64,000 nt of DNA from positions 133,238,001 through 133,302,000 of the forward strand of contig NC_043000.1 in NCBI RefSeq assembly GCF_006345805.1, read 5' to 3'. The notes below the pieces were generated by a model. The model was not told where the DNA came from. It did no database searches and worked only from the letters and a program-made list of their open reading frames with translations. Position 1 is the first letter of the stretch. Each line of letters starts with the position of its first letter. A program made the position numbers and the translations under genes. Origin of the DNA: Octopus sinensis. Lineage: Eukaryota. Below are positions 13,870 through 27,492 of the stretch, piece after piece.

Positions 13870-14195
13870 GTCTGAAATGTGGTCCTTTGCTATTCATAAG
13901 ACCCGCAGAAGAGAAAGCAGGTCAACCCCCGACACCGAGAGCATCGACGGATGGATCAATGCACATCTAGGCTCAGCGGTTGCGTAGGAAGTCGGGGACA
14001 AGAAACTGGAAGAAAGAGTGAGAAAAAGTTGGAGCGAAAGAGTACAACAGGGGTCACCACCACCCCCTACAGGAGCCTCGTGGAACTTTAGGTGTTTTCG
14101 CTCAATAAGCACACACAACGCCCGGTCTGGGAATTGAAACCGTGATCCTCCGACCGCGAGTCCACTGCCCTAACCATTGGGCCATTGTGCCTCCA
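13870..14195 (-). mobile_element. tRNA-derived SINE family B variant
   Basis: Reverse-complement match to 2022-2331 head; another copy at about 4945-5228. Confidence 0.8.
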
Positions 14196-14674
14196 CTGCA
14201 GCTGCTGCTATTGCTGTTGTTGTTGTTGTTACTAAGGTGGCTAGCAGGCAGAATCGTTAGCATGCTGGTAACAATGCTTAGCAGTATTTCAGCCGTCACT
14301 ACATTCTGAGTTTACATTCCGTCGAGGTCATCTTAGCTTTTTATTCTTTCAGGGTTGATAAATTAAGTACCAGTGAAACATTGGGGTCCATGTAATTGAC
14401 TAGTCTCCACCCAACAAATCTGAGATCTTGTGCCTACAGTAGAAAAGATTATTATTATTATTACTATTATTACTATTATTATATTTCATATCTTACCTTA
14501 TATCTAGAATATAGGATCTGGAGTCAACAGGTCATTGATACATTGATGGATATTGCTGCTTACAAATAGTCAAACTGAAAATCCAGACATTTTATGCAAA
14601 ACACTAATTATTTCATCGGGACATAAAATAAATAAATAGTCTACATAAACATACACGTTAATATTTATGTATAT

Positions 14675-14805
14675 TTATGGATGTGTGTGTGTGTGTGTGT
14701 GTGCATGAGTGCATTCATGTTCCTGTGTGTATCTGTAATCACATGTGCATACACTTATATCCAAATATACATACATACATACATATATATATGTATATAT
14801 ATATG

Positions 14806-14859
<54 letters not shown>

Positions 14860-14864
14860 ATATA

Positions 14865-14945
<81 letters not shown>

Positions 14946-15178
14946 GTATATATATATATATATTACATGTGTATATGTGTCTGTATGCATGTGTGTATGA
15001 ATGTGTGTGTATATATGTGTGTATGTATATATATATATACACACACATTTGCGTTTGTGAGTGTGTGTGAGTGCATACATATATGTATATGTGTATGTGT
15101 GTATATATATATATGTATGTATGTATGTATGTGTGTATGTATGTATGTATGTATGTATGTATATATGTATATATATTT
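14675..15178. repeat. Compound (TG)/(TA)/(TATG) microsatellite field
   Basis: Direct reading. Confidence 0.95.
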
Positions 15179-16310
15179 CTATGGTGGTTGGGTGGGGGTG
15201 CACATACTTCTTCATGGATAAGTGGTTCATAGTAGCAAGAGCATTCAGCTGTAAAAACTATATTCCAACAAAAACTATCCCACCCTTAAAAACATGGGGA
15301 GGGGGGTGAAATGAATACAAAATAGTAAAAGAAAGTAAAAAATAAATTTAGAATAAAATCAATATTCAGTCTGAGATGATCACTCTGTTGTTGTTGCTGA
15401 TGTTATTACTGTTGTATAATTTCGATCAGCCATCAGTGAGCAGATCTATATTGTACATTCAATGATCCAGATATATTGGAAAACCACATTGCAAATTCCA
15501 AAATACAGAGTTTATTGTATGAGGTAGTCTGGACATGTTTCATATCCGCCATTGTCCTTCCAGACCTTGTATGTTTATATCTTATATTTGTACCTACCGA
15601 GTGAGGTCGTTGCCAGTACTGCCTGACTGGCCCCCGTGCCGGTGGCACGTAAAAGCACCCACTACACTCTCGGAGTGGTTGGCATTAGGAAGGGCATCCA
15701 GCTGTAGAAACTCTTTCAGAACAAGATTGGAGCCTGGTGCAGCCATCTGGTTCGCCAGTCCTCAGTCAAATCGTCTAACCCATGCTGGCATGGAAAGCGG
15801 ATGTTAAACGATGATGATGAGCACCAGACTTCTGGTGGTTTGCTCTGCTTGAGAAAGGCATGTCAAGCTAAGTGAAATCATGGTTCTCCTTACATATAGA
15901 CATGTCCCTTACATCCCTCTTCAACTGGGTGATCCTAATCTTGCAGGCTTGTGGGTGCATAAAAAGCATTCCTGCTGGTGCCATGTAAAAGCACCTGTAC
16001 CAATGCTACATAAAAGCACCCAATACATATCTCTAATTGAGATAAGGAGGTTAATAATTGAATCTGCTGAAATGAATTGATAGGTCCACATACAACATCC
16101 AAAGGTTCAACTTTTTTTTCTTTGATGAAATTATACTCATGTCACATAAATATAAATTTAATGTACAAATTTGTAATTAAATTATTGAGTATTAATTGAT
16201 ACGGCTGTAAGAATTATTAACCAATTTGTTAATAATAAACAATTTTTAACCTCCTTATCTCCATTTCCTTTTTTTCTTTTAAATGGATATAAGCTATACA
16301 TATATATATA

Positions 16311-16356
<46 letters not shown>

Positions 16357-16729
16357 TGAGATAGGGGTGGTAAGTGCAACCCTCCATGGGATAACATATA
16401 TCCAATATACTGCTAGTGAAGTACCCAACAAAGTTAATACATAAATGTTAAGAATTGTGATGCAATTAATTCATTTACTGTATTACATGGGTAAAGGTAA
16501 AATGTTTTACCACAAATTAATAATACAAAATAAGAAAATGGAGAAACACATCTTAATCAATGATCAACTACCAGATAATACCCAATCACATAATTTATTA
16601 AACCAGTACATATGAACATTAAGGTCAAACATAATAATATAGAACAAAACAATGTACATGAAAGAGTAATATGATACAATAAGTACAGTATGTATAAGTG
16701 AATATAAATAAATACAAATTCTTATTTTG

Positions 16730-16770
<41 letters not shown>

Positions 16771-16830
16771 GCGTTGCTGTGTTTTTTCTCTTTTTTTCTG
16801 TGTTTTCTTGTTGGATTAACTATATATATA

Positions 16831-16875
<45 letters not shown>

Positions 16876-16887
16876 GATAATAATAAT

Positions 16888-16951
<64 letters not shown>

Positions 16952-17628
16952 GTGAAATTCTGTCTGTCTGGGACCCTTGTATCTCAGTCCACATTTGCTC
17001 TACAGAGATATATTATACTTTTTGGGAATCAGGATGATCCTAGGACTGAAAATCTGCCCTTCATTTAGTTCTTGAACATCCAGCATTGGGATATAATTTA
17101 AAAGCATTTGGATTGCTATTTCTAGCCGGTAAAGCTTGGTTGATTCACACCATCTTGGTTGGCATTTGTCAGATGATATCAGAGATCAAGGGGGAGAGAT
17201 AAATAATGTTCGCTTTGTTAATTTTACGTTGAGATAAGAACTTTGTGACAAATTGGCCAATAGTTGGAATCCAACTTGGGAGTGAAACAATAGAATGATT
17301 GCATTACAGAATTAATTCTCATCCATCGTTAACTTCTGATCGAACACCACTGGAGCATAAAGTCATTATAGACGAATTATACTCATGCTATTTAGATCTC
17401 TTTAGTTTGGGGCTGCAGGCTCAATTAGCCCTTGGCAGGTGTTAGCTTAAAGGCTGCGCAGAGTGTGGCTTTTAAGCTACTATATATATATATGGCCTGC
17501 TCGCTTAGCCAGTGGGATGGCATCATTTAAAGGCTAAAAGAATGTGAAGCGCATTGTGACCAGCGATGTGTAGCAACATTTGATGGTCTGGTCGGTCATG
17601 GTGATCACGGTCATGGTGATATGTATAT

Positions 17629-17840
17629 ATGAATGAGAAAAGAAAGAAAATGGAGAAATTGACATGTAGACATCAGTTTATTCAAAGATACTCAAATTAA
17701 TTTAACCTAATTTCTGTACTTGAATTAATTGGGTATGGAAACAGCTGTAGGACTGCAATTTCCTTATATGGACTTGAGTATCTTTGAATAAACTGATATC
17801 TGCATGTCAAAATCTCCATTTTCTTCCTTTTCTCATTCAT
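17629..17840. repeat. Inverted repeat, 67-bp arms (62/67), 78-bp spacer; MITE-like
   Basis: Arms 17629-17695 and 17774-17840 aligned by eye. Confidence 0.85.
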
Positions 17841-18010
17841 AGGCATTTTAAATACCTATGTATACATATCAATGCAAAACTAATATATTTGATTTTCACT
17901 GAACACTGCTATAAACAGAACTAGGATGCTAGCGTCCCTCAAAGGATTATAGGACCTTGACACAATTAAATATATATATACACACACACATATATAACAG
18001 ACCAGCACAT

Positions 18011-18144
18011 AATGTACAAATTTGTAATTAAATTATTGGGTATTAATTGAAACAGCTGTAAGAATTATTAACCAATTTGTTAATAATAAACAATTTTTAA
18101 CCTCCTTATCTCCATTTCCTTTTTTTCTTTTAAATGGATATAAG

Positions 18145-18199
<55 letters not shown>

Positions 18200-18228
18200 A
18201 ATAATATAATAATAATAATAATAATAAT

Positions 18229-18265
<37 letters not shown>

Positions 18266-18557
18266 GTGAAATTCTGTCTGTCTGGGACCCTTGTATCTCA
18301 GTCCACATTTGCTCTACAGAGATATATTATACTTTTTGGGAATCAGGATGATCCTAGGACTGAAAATCTGCCCTTCATTTAGTTCTTGAACATCCAGCAT
18401 TGGGATATAATTTATAAGCATTTGGATTGCTATTTCTAACTGGTAAAGCTTGGTTGATTCATGCCATCTTGGTTGGCATTTGTCAGATGATATCAGAGAT
18501 CAAGGGGGAGAGATAAATAATGTTTGCTTTGTTAATTTTACGTTGAGATAAGAACTA
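18011..18557 (+). repeat. Local duplicate of 16160-16330 plus 16860-17241
   Basis: Near-identical text on both sides of the TA/(AAT)n tracts. Confidence 0.85.
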
Positions 18558-20275
18558 CTTTGTCTCCCCAAACCAGTCCTGTTGATAAAGAACAACAGCA
18601 AAAACTGAAGCCGCCCGTGTCTTCCTCCCCTGTCACTCTTCAACAGCAGCAACAAAAATCGGCCATTCATGTTGAAGAACAACAAAAACAGAAACTTAAA
18701 CCCCCTGTGTCTTCCTCCCCTATTGCTCTTCGACAACAAAAATTGATCATTCCAGCTGAAGTACATCAGCAGGAACAAAAACCAGCCATGCGCTCCTCTC
18801 CTGATGCTTCCCAACTAAAGTAGAAATCGACCATCAGCACAGAAGTTGCAGAAATTAGATGAATGATTTCTGCTTTGAGTTGTGAAGTAGCAGGACTCAG
18901 AACCAGTGTCTGTCCGAAAACTCACAGCGAAGGGTCATATCGGAATGCCCTGCTCAGCAACTTACCTGTAGCTCGTACAGAACCTCAATGCATCGAGGGA
19001 GTTGCTGAACCAGCCACTCATGAATTAATAGCCATCGGAGTGCCGGAAGATGTGGTAGATCTGCAGGCATTCATTGGAAACACAGCTAGGGATCTCAGCT
19101 GTGTCCCTCCAAAAAGTGCTTCCCGCCTTGGCCGACCGGGATCCAAACCCAGGCTAATCAGGCTGTTGTTTACAGGCTTTACTGAGGCACGGACATTCCA
19201 TCTGGCTGCTGATAGAGCTCGGCGTGACAACATTATCAACTTTAGAACACGTCCTGGCCTTCCACCCTATGTACGCCCAAAGCTAAGATCTGTAGCTTCC
19301 CTAAATCACAACTCTGTGCCACGGGAGAGTTTTAGCCTCCGCGATGATGGGCAAATCTGGAAATTTGTCAAGTCTGGTGAGTCACGGATAAGGGATGCCA
19401 GTTGGACTGAGCAGACTGCACCCACAACAACAACTGGCAATACAAAAATCTTGGGAAACTAACCAAGAACAATCAGCCATCCCTGTATATCATCATCTGA
19501 AATCCAGATATAAACTGCTGTCCTTGACCTCTTTATTTGTCGACAGTGATTTGCGTTGGACAAAACACATCGCTAAAATTGTCAAGAAGGCTGAGGGTGT
19601 CTTGGCATCACTCACCAAATCCTTTGTGAGCCGCTCTCCGGCTATCTATCTGCGGCTTTATATAGCTATGGTAAGACCTCACCTGGAATTTGCATCACCG
19701 GTCTGGAGCCCCTATCTTGCCCAGGATATCAATCGTCTGGAAGCCGTTCAGTGACGTGCAACCAAAAGAATACCCTCCATCAGGAATCTGCCATATCCTG
19801 AACGCCTTACTTCCCTGGGCATGGACACATTGAAACTCCGACGTCTGACAGCTGACTTGGCAGACACCCATAAAATTATCAACCATCGTACAAACAATAA
19901 CTCTGAGCACCTTTTCAAACTCCACCCATCTAACACCCGTGGACATATTTACAAAGTCAGAAAACAGCAAAGCTCCCATGACTTCAGGAAACATTTTTTC
20001 ACGCTGAGAGTTGCTGAAGCATGGAACAAACTGCCGGCATCAGTTGTTAGTTGTTGGAGCACTGCATCCTTCAAAACTTCAATGCTTCTTGAGATTCGCT
20101 AACACTACACCTGATTTTCTCCCCTCCATACACACACAAGCATGTATCTGACTCATACATTGTTCGCTTTCCAGACATTTTTACATTACTGCATGTACTT
20201 TATATGCACTTTCTGACAAGTTGTGGTGCACCTGAGCACTGTATACAATAATTTCATTATTATTATTATTATTAT
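18557..20275 (+). mobile_element. CR1-clade LINE derivative: ORF1 (two stops) fused to the ORF2 C-terminus, 3' UTR and (ATT)n tail
   Basis: ORF1-like IAIGVPED...RLGRPGSKPRLIRLLF; ORF2 end VRPHLEFASPVWSP...RRLTADL...FFTLRVAEAWNKLP; EN and RT core absent. Confidence 0.85.
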
Positions 20276-21527
20276 AAGTCTGCTAATCCGTTAATCATTA
20301 ATTAACGAAGTTAATGATTTAGCTGTTAAGTTAACTTTGAAAATCATTATTGGACTAATTAACTTCCGTTACATTTAGTTTTCATTAGCTCAAGTTCGCT
20401 AACCCCAAAATTTCATAGAAACCGGTAAATGTTTAAAAGTTTCTATTGTTTTCAGATTGTCTTAGCATATTTAATATTGTACATGCCATTCTTTCAACCC
20501 CACTATAATGCCACTTATTATAACTAACTTGTAAGACCTCGTTTGGCCCTGCTCAGATTTGAAACCAAATCCACCTGCTTGTTGCTTGCAATGACAACGG
20601 GACATTTCTTTGTCCTGTCAAGAGGAAACAGTGATTGATGCATTTCCATTTGATCTCTGACCCTGCTGAGGTGGATGTCAACAGAGAAAATATTGCCTTC
20701 CATAAAGTGGAAAAAATAAATGGAAGGAAAAAAGTTAGTAAATATTTTGGTGTGAACACAAATATCATTAACAATTTTTTTAAAACTTAAAATGTTTCTC
20801 TCATGGGTTTTAAATGTGAAGTAATAATAGAAAAAAAAATGGCCAAAATTGTTTCGGACTGAGGTGGTGAGGGGTGGCAGGAGTGAAAAAATAAATTTTC
20901 AAAATTCTTATCTTTCTTTTACGTGAAAAGATGCCTCCCATCATTCTGAAGACTTTAGTGAAAATCATTGGAAAAATTCCAACTTATGTGGGCTGTCTGA
21001 TCCGAAACTCCGTTTTCTAGAAACTCCTCCTACCCACTTCCAAAAATTTTGCCCACAAATTTCTTTGTAATCGTAATCTACACTGTCTGAAAGGTATTTG
21101 TATAAAATTTCATTAAAAAATATCTATTTTCCGGAAAGTTATGAGGAGGAAAATGTCGGGTCGTGTGAATTTTCCAAAACTCCTCTCCCCAAACCCCCCA
21201 GAAAATTGTCTTTCAACATATCTTTGCATACACTTAATCTACAGGATATAAGTGATTATTTGGTGAATGTTTTGTTAAAAGGTATCCGTTTTTCTGGAAG
21301 TTATGAGGCAACAAATTCCGTGGGGTATTAAACTGCAGTTATGTCTTTTTCCAATAAAAGTTAACATTAATTTCTGTTACGTTTTCAAAGAATTAATGGA
21401 GTAACGACTAATGAAGTCCCTTCTTGGTCAACAGATTAACGATTAACGAAGGTAACTTTTTGATTAACAGGGTAGAATTTAAGTTTCGACTCCAAACTCA
21501 AATGAAACTATGTTTATTAAAATGTAT

Positions 21528-21947
21528 GGATCTTTTCGGTTTGAACGGCAGATTTTTCTAGCGGTGTCATATGAAATTGTCACCCATAATTATGACCCTA
21601 GTATCAATCTGTTGCATTTCAATCTGTTTTAGGGTTAGGGTTAGGGGTGGGAGGAAGGGTATCTTTTTTTCTTCACAAATATAAATAAACCCAATCTGTT
21701 TCTTAAACGAGGGACATATTCATACGGCACAGAATGTTTTTTTTACCTCAGTGGACGTCAGTGATTGGTTGAAATTGCAGAAATTGAAGAAAAAAAAATA
21801 ACAAATATCTTACAAACCATAGAATCTTCTCAATAAAGCCAAGAGAAAAAGATGTTTTATAAACACATTCTACCAGTATATGAAGTTTAAAATTTTTTAG
21901 TTACCTAGAAATTATGTTAAAAACTGCCGTTCAAACCGGAAAGATCT
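21528..21947 (-). mobile_element. GG-ended MITE copy 1 (opposite orientation to copies 2-4)
   Basis: TIR GGATCTTTTCGGTTTGAACGGCAG; internal (TTAGGG)3. Confidence 0.85.
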
Positions 21948-22245
21948 CTCTATCATTTAGATATGAAACTGAATATTTCAAATGATGTTAATTTCTTTGT
22001 AGAACCAAAATTTGTTTCCAATTAATGTCCCAGGCCAACAATTTCGAAGAGAAATGGATAATTTGATACAACGACGCCAGTATTTGACTGATGTTGTATC
22101 TTATTGATTCAGAGGGATGATAGGTAAAGCTGATTTGAACTCAGAATGTAAAGCCACCTCGGTGGAATTTAAATACAGAAAGTAAATAATAATGATTTTA
22201 AATTTCAGCACAAGGCCAGTCATTTTAGGGGAGAGGAAAAGTTGA

Positions 22246-22657
22246 GGATCTTTTCGGTTTGAACGGCAGTTTTTAACATAATTTCTAGGTAACTAAAAAA
22301 TTTCAAACTTCATATACTGGTAGAATGTGTTTATAAAACATCTTTTTCTCTTGGCTTTATTGAGAAAATTCAATAGTTTGTAAGAAATTTGTTTTTTTTT
22401 CTTCAATTTCTGCAATTTCAACCAATCACTGACGTCCATTGAGGTAAAAAAAACATTCTGTGCCGTATGAATATGTCCCTCGTTTAAGAAACAGATTGGG
22501 TTTATTTATATTTGTGAAGAAAAAAAGATACCCCCAACCCCAACCCTAACTCTAAAACAGATTGAAATGCAATAGATCGATACTAGGGTCATAATTATAG
22601 GGGGCAATTTCATATGACACCGCTAGAAAAAAACTGCCGTTCAAACCGAAAAGATCC
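22246..22657 (+). mobile_element. GG-ended MITE copy 2, inserted in a SINE
   Basis: TIRs; flanks aaagttga/taagttga (7/8 TSD). Confidence 0.88.
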
Positions 22658-23667
22658 TAAGTTGATTGCATTGACTCCAATGTTCAACTGGTACTCAATT
22701 TTTTGACCCCTGAAAAGATGAAAGCAAAGTCGACCTCGGTGGAATTTGAACTCAGAACGTAAAAAACTTGAAAGAATACCACCGAGCATTTTGTCCGATG
22801 CATGAACGATTCTGTTAGCTCACAGCCTTCAGAAAGTAATAATAATTAATTATAAACTTTTACTCTAATTATAACCATTACTTTCAAAATATTGAGGGGT
22901 ATATACGATGTATAGTCGTGCATACTCATGAATAATTACACAGTGGCTTCCCTTGAGATACATCGACCGATGAGCTCCCATGCCTTCTAACAGTTTGTAA
23001 CACACGCGTTCTCAAGCGTAAAAGTTCAGATGTAAGGGAGACAACAGCGTTGGCTATTGTTTCTGCCACTAACTAAAGTCAACTTAAATTTTAGAGAAAC
23101 AATTATGCAGTGACAAAATTAAAATAAAATAAATAAATAGATAGATATCAGGCCGACCAATGCCTTGTGAGTAGATTTGGTAGACGGAAACTGAAAGAAG
23201 CCTGTCGTATATATGTATATATATATGTATGTTTGTGTGTCTGTGTTTGTCCCCCCACCATCGTTTGACAACCAATGCTGGTGTATTTACGTCCCCATCA
23301 CTTAGTGGTTCGGCAAAAAGAGAACGATAGAATAAGTACTGGGCTTACAAAGAATAAGTCCTGGGGTCGATTTGCTCGACTAAAGGTGGTGCTCCAGCAT
23401 GGCCGCAGTCAAATGACTTAAACAAGTAAAAGAGTAAAAGAGTAAATAAAAAACAGAAAAAGAAACAATATACATGAATGGTTTATAATGTTTAATTATC
23501 TCGTGCTCTTAGCATTAAATAGTTGACTAGAAATGATTAGGCGGTGAGAAAAAATATCAATGACTTCTTGGAACTAATGACATCTTAAGCTAATTTTTAA
23601 TGTATTTTAATGAAAGGGCTATCAGAAAGCCTACGAGAAATAATGGTGTTCTGAGAGCAAAGATATT

Positions 23668-24088
23668 GGATCTTTTCGGTTTGAACGGCAGTTTTTAACA
23701 TAATTTCTAGGTAACTAAAAAATTTTAAACTTCGTATACTGGTAGAATGTGTTTATAAGACATCTTTTTCTCTTGGCTTTATTGAGAAAATTCTATAGTT
23801 TGTAAGAAATTTTTTTTTTTTTTTCAATTTCTGCAATTTCAACCAATCACTGACATCCATTGAGGTAAAAAAAAACATTCTGTCCTGAATGAATATGTCC
23901 CTCGTTTAAGAAACAGATTGGGTTTATTTATATTTGTGAAGAAAAAAAAATACCCTTCCCCCACCCCTAACCCTAACCCTAACCCTAAAACAGATTGAAA
24001 TGCAATAGATTGATACTAGGGTCATAATTATGGGTGACAATTTCATATGACACCACTAGAAAAACTGCCGTTCAAACCGAAAAGATAC
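23668..24088 (+). mobile_element. GG-ended MITE copy 3
   Basis: TIRs; internal (CCCTAA)4; TSD not preserved. Confidence 0.85.
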
Positions 24089-24739
24089 AACTTCATTTTG
24101 ATATAAAGAAAGGATCCTCCTCCTCCCTTAACGTCCATTTTCCGTACTGGCATGGGCTGGACGGTTTGACTGAAAGGTGGTAAGCTGGGGAGTTGCCCTA
24201 GGCTCCAATTTGATTTGGCATGGTTTCTATGGCTGGATGTTCTTCCTAATGCCAACCACTTTGAGAGTGCAGTGAGTGCTTTTTACATGTCACCGGTATG
24301 GGCGCCAATTATATAACACCAGCGTCAGTTATCACCATGATCTCACTTTGCTTGACAGGTCTTCTAAAACACAATATATTTCCAAAGCTCTCAGTCCCTT
24401 GTCACTGCCTCTGTGAGGCCCAATGTTCGAGCAGTGCTTTTTATGTGCCATTGGCACCTCAGTCTCCGGTCATTGTCACCGTGAGGCTCAACATTTGAGT
24501 GGTGCTTTTTACATGCCAGTTATGTGACACTGGCATCAGTCACAACTATGATTTTCATTTAGCTTGATGGGTCTTCTCAAACATGGTATATAGCCCAACA
24601 TTTGAAGAGTGCTTTTTTTTCTTTTGTGTACCTGTTATACAACACTGGCATCAGTCAGACAACTATTTCACTTGAGTTGACAGGTTTTCTCAAGCATGGC
24701 ATATCGCTAAAGGTCTCAAGCACTTGTCATTACCTCTGT

Positions 24740-25445
24740 GAAACCCTACATTTGAAGATCATGCTTCACCACCTTGTCCCATTCTTCCTGGGTCTACCCC
24801 TTTCACAGGTTCCCTCTGCTGTTAGAGATTGGCACTTCTTCACACAGCTGTCCTTGTCCATACACATCACATGACCATACCAGCACATTTGTCTCTCTTG
24901 CACACCACATCTGATGCCTTTTATGTCCAACTTTTCTCTCAAGACACTTGCACTTTGTCATGCATGCACATTCAGTGAAGCATACTAGCTTCATTTCTGT
25001 CAAGCCTACACTTGGTGGTCACAGCCCATGTTTCACTGTTGTGTAGCATGGCTGTTTGCACACAGGTATCATGCAATCTGCCTTTCACTCTGAGAGAGAG
25101 GCCCTTTGTTTCCAACAGAAGTAGGAGCTATCTGAACTTTACCCAGCCTATTCTTATTCTTGCACCTAAGCAGGGGTGTATGCATACACCCCTGCAACTG
25201 ACTCAGTCACCTAGGTAGTAGAAGCTATCAATTACTTCTAGTTTTTTCCCCTGTCATATGATGGTGTTTATTTTCTGTACATTTTTAGTGTGTATTCTAC
25301 CTGTACACCTTCCATACACAAAAACTATTTTCCCTGTTAACCTTCCTCTGATGTTGCTGCACCTTTTATGTGTCCATAGCTTACAATGGGTACATCTTAT
25401 GGAGTTTCTACCTACAAGAATAAACAGCATAATATTACACATTGT
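24740..25445 (-). mobile_element. Degenerate RTE-clade LINE fragment
   Basis: GRNSIRCTHCKLWTHKRCS and KGRLHDTC-like, DRNEASM-like motifs; same family as 11608-12500. Confidence 0.75.
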
Positions 25446-26338
25446 TGGGAATTTACCCTCTGCCAGAACATATTTCCCTGGCATCCATATATCATATATG
25501 ATACACATAATCAATTTTTTTCATCCACTAGAGTAACTTGGGACTTACGAAAGGAAAGCTTTATATTAGTCAGAACGTATGAAACAAGGGTTAACTAAAA
25601 ACCTGAAAACATGCATGAATGTTTAGGACAACCTTATGAAAATACTTTGGACAGGCAAAGTGTTAAGCTAATAATATAGACTAGCGGTACCTATGGAAAT
25701 GCCATGATTATTTTGAAAATTGTATGATGAAATTGTGTACTTTTAGGAAACATTTAATTCTTGAGAAGATGTAAAAATCCCCATGGGCAGTATTGAAAGG
25801 GCAATCAATCAATCAATCAATAAATCTATCTATCTATCTGTCAACTTACCTGCATAACTCCTACTTACCTACCTACCTACCTACCTACCTATCTACCTAC
25901 CTACCTACCTACCTCTCTGTCTATCTATCTTTCAACCTACTTATCTACCAACTTATCTATCTATCCATCTTTCTATCTTCTATTTTTCAATGAATCTATC
26001 TATCCTCATAGATACATTGATACATTGAAGATATAGAAATGATTCATCATTAAAAACTATAATAACAAATAAACTTTATTTTTGCTGTCTTTCACAATAT
26101 TCCATTATGCAACTTTTAAAATCATGTAACTGTTTTCCATTCCCATGTTCCTTTCAGTCAACAGTCACTCCCTCACTCCCACCCCTATCTTCTCTTTACC
26201 TTTTGCTGCAACTATACCACATGTTCTTGCACTTAACATGTTTATATCTCTCTCTTTCAACTTGCAACCTTTTTCTTCAACTAACTAACAACACAATGTA
26301 ACAGCAATACCTTTCTCTCACTTCTCAGTGCTAACACA

Positions 26339-26372
<34 letters not shown>

Positions 26373-27079
26373 GCTATGTTTTGTTTTTCTTTTGAACTAA
26401 CTACTTGACAACATCTTAACAGAATAACTATTATCTTTCCACCTACCTCATGTCGTTAACACTTCTCTCTCTCTCTCTCCCTCCACTCTCTCTTTGTCTC
26501 TCCCTTCAGCTAGCCTCATGATAGCATAACACATTTGGCCTTTGTGCATCATTATATAGATAGTTGTAACATTATGATGCTAGTGTTTTGTATGTGTCCA
26601 TTCCTCTGCCGATACTGCTATCCAACACTTTTTGACTCTTCTTGGAATAATGATTCTGATGCAACAGATAATTTGTTCAATCTCACTTGCGATTGTTGTT
26701 GTTTAATCCCAAATCAGTCCTGAACAAGCAAACCAATGATCAAGATTACTCCCATTATGACCATTCCATCTATTTATATTTTTTTTTTACCTTCATCTTT
26801 TACTAATTTCAGTCATTGGACTGTGGACCATGCTGGAGCACTGACATGAAGGCTTTAGCCAAACTAATCGGCCCCCAACACTTATTTTGTTTTAGGTCTG
26901 GTACTTATTCTGTTAGTCTCTTTTGGCGAACTGTTAAGTTATAAGGGACATAAAGACACTAACACTCGTTGTCAAGTAGTGGTAGTGGGTTGTGTTGTGA
27001 CATAGTCACAAAGACACATATAGATAGACAGACAACACCACACACAAGTGTGCATGTGCGCGCACACACACTCATATAT

Positions 27080-27492
27080 ATATTTCTTACTCTTTACTCT
27101 TTACTCTTTTACTTGTTTCAGTCATTTGACTGCGGCCATGCTGGAGCACCGCCTTTAGTCGAGCAAATCGACCCCGGGACTTATTCTTTGTAAGCCCAGT
27201 ATTTGTTCTATTGGTCTCTTTTGCCGAACCACTAAGTGAAGGGGACGTAAACACACCAGCATCGGTTGTCAAGCAATGCTAGGGGGACAAACACAGATAC
27301 ACAAACACACACACATACATATATATACATATATACGACAGGCTTCTTTCAGTTTCCATCTACCAAATTCACTCACAAGGCATTGGTTGGCCTGGGGCTA
27401 TAGCAGATGACAGTTGCCCAAGATGCCACGCAGTGGGACTGAACCCGGAACCATGTGGTTGGTTAGCAAGCTACTTACCACACAGCCACTCC
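27080..27492 (-). mobile_element. SINE family A
   Basis: Full-length-like; near-identical to 33225-33640, 43262-43665 and 48130-48550. Confidence 0.88.

Noticed and set aside
16722-18382. Poly-N, poly-I and poly-L ORFs
   Set aside because: Produced by (AAT)n and (TA)n tracts
21629-21646. Telomere or chromosome-fusion scar
   Set aside because: Only 3-4 units, always at the same position inside a MITE
26687-26721. Minus-strand 35-nt exon candidate phase-compatible with the 35657 donor
   Set aside because: It matches a (CAA)n-tailed repeat end also seen at about 61845-61880
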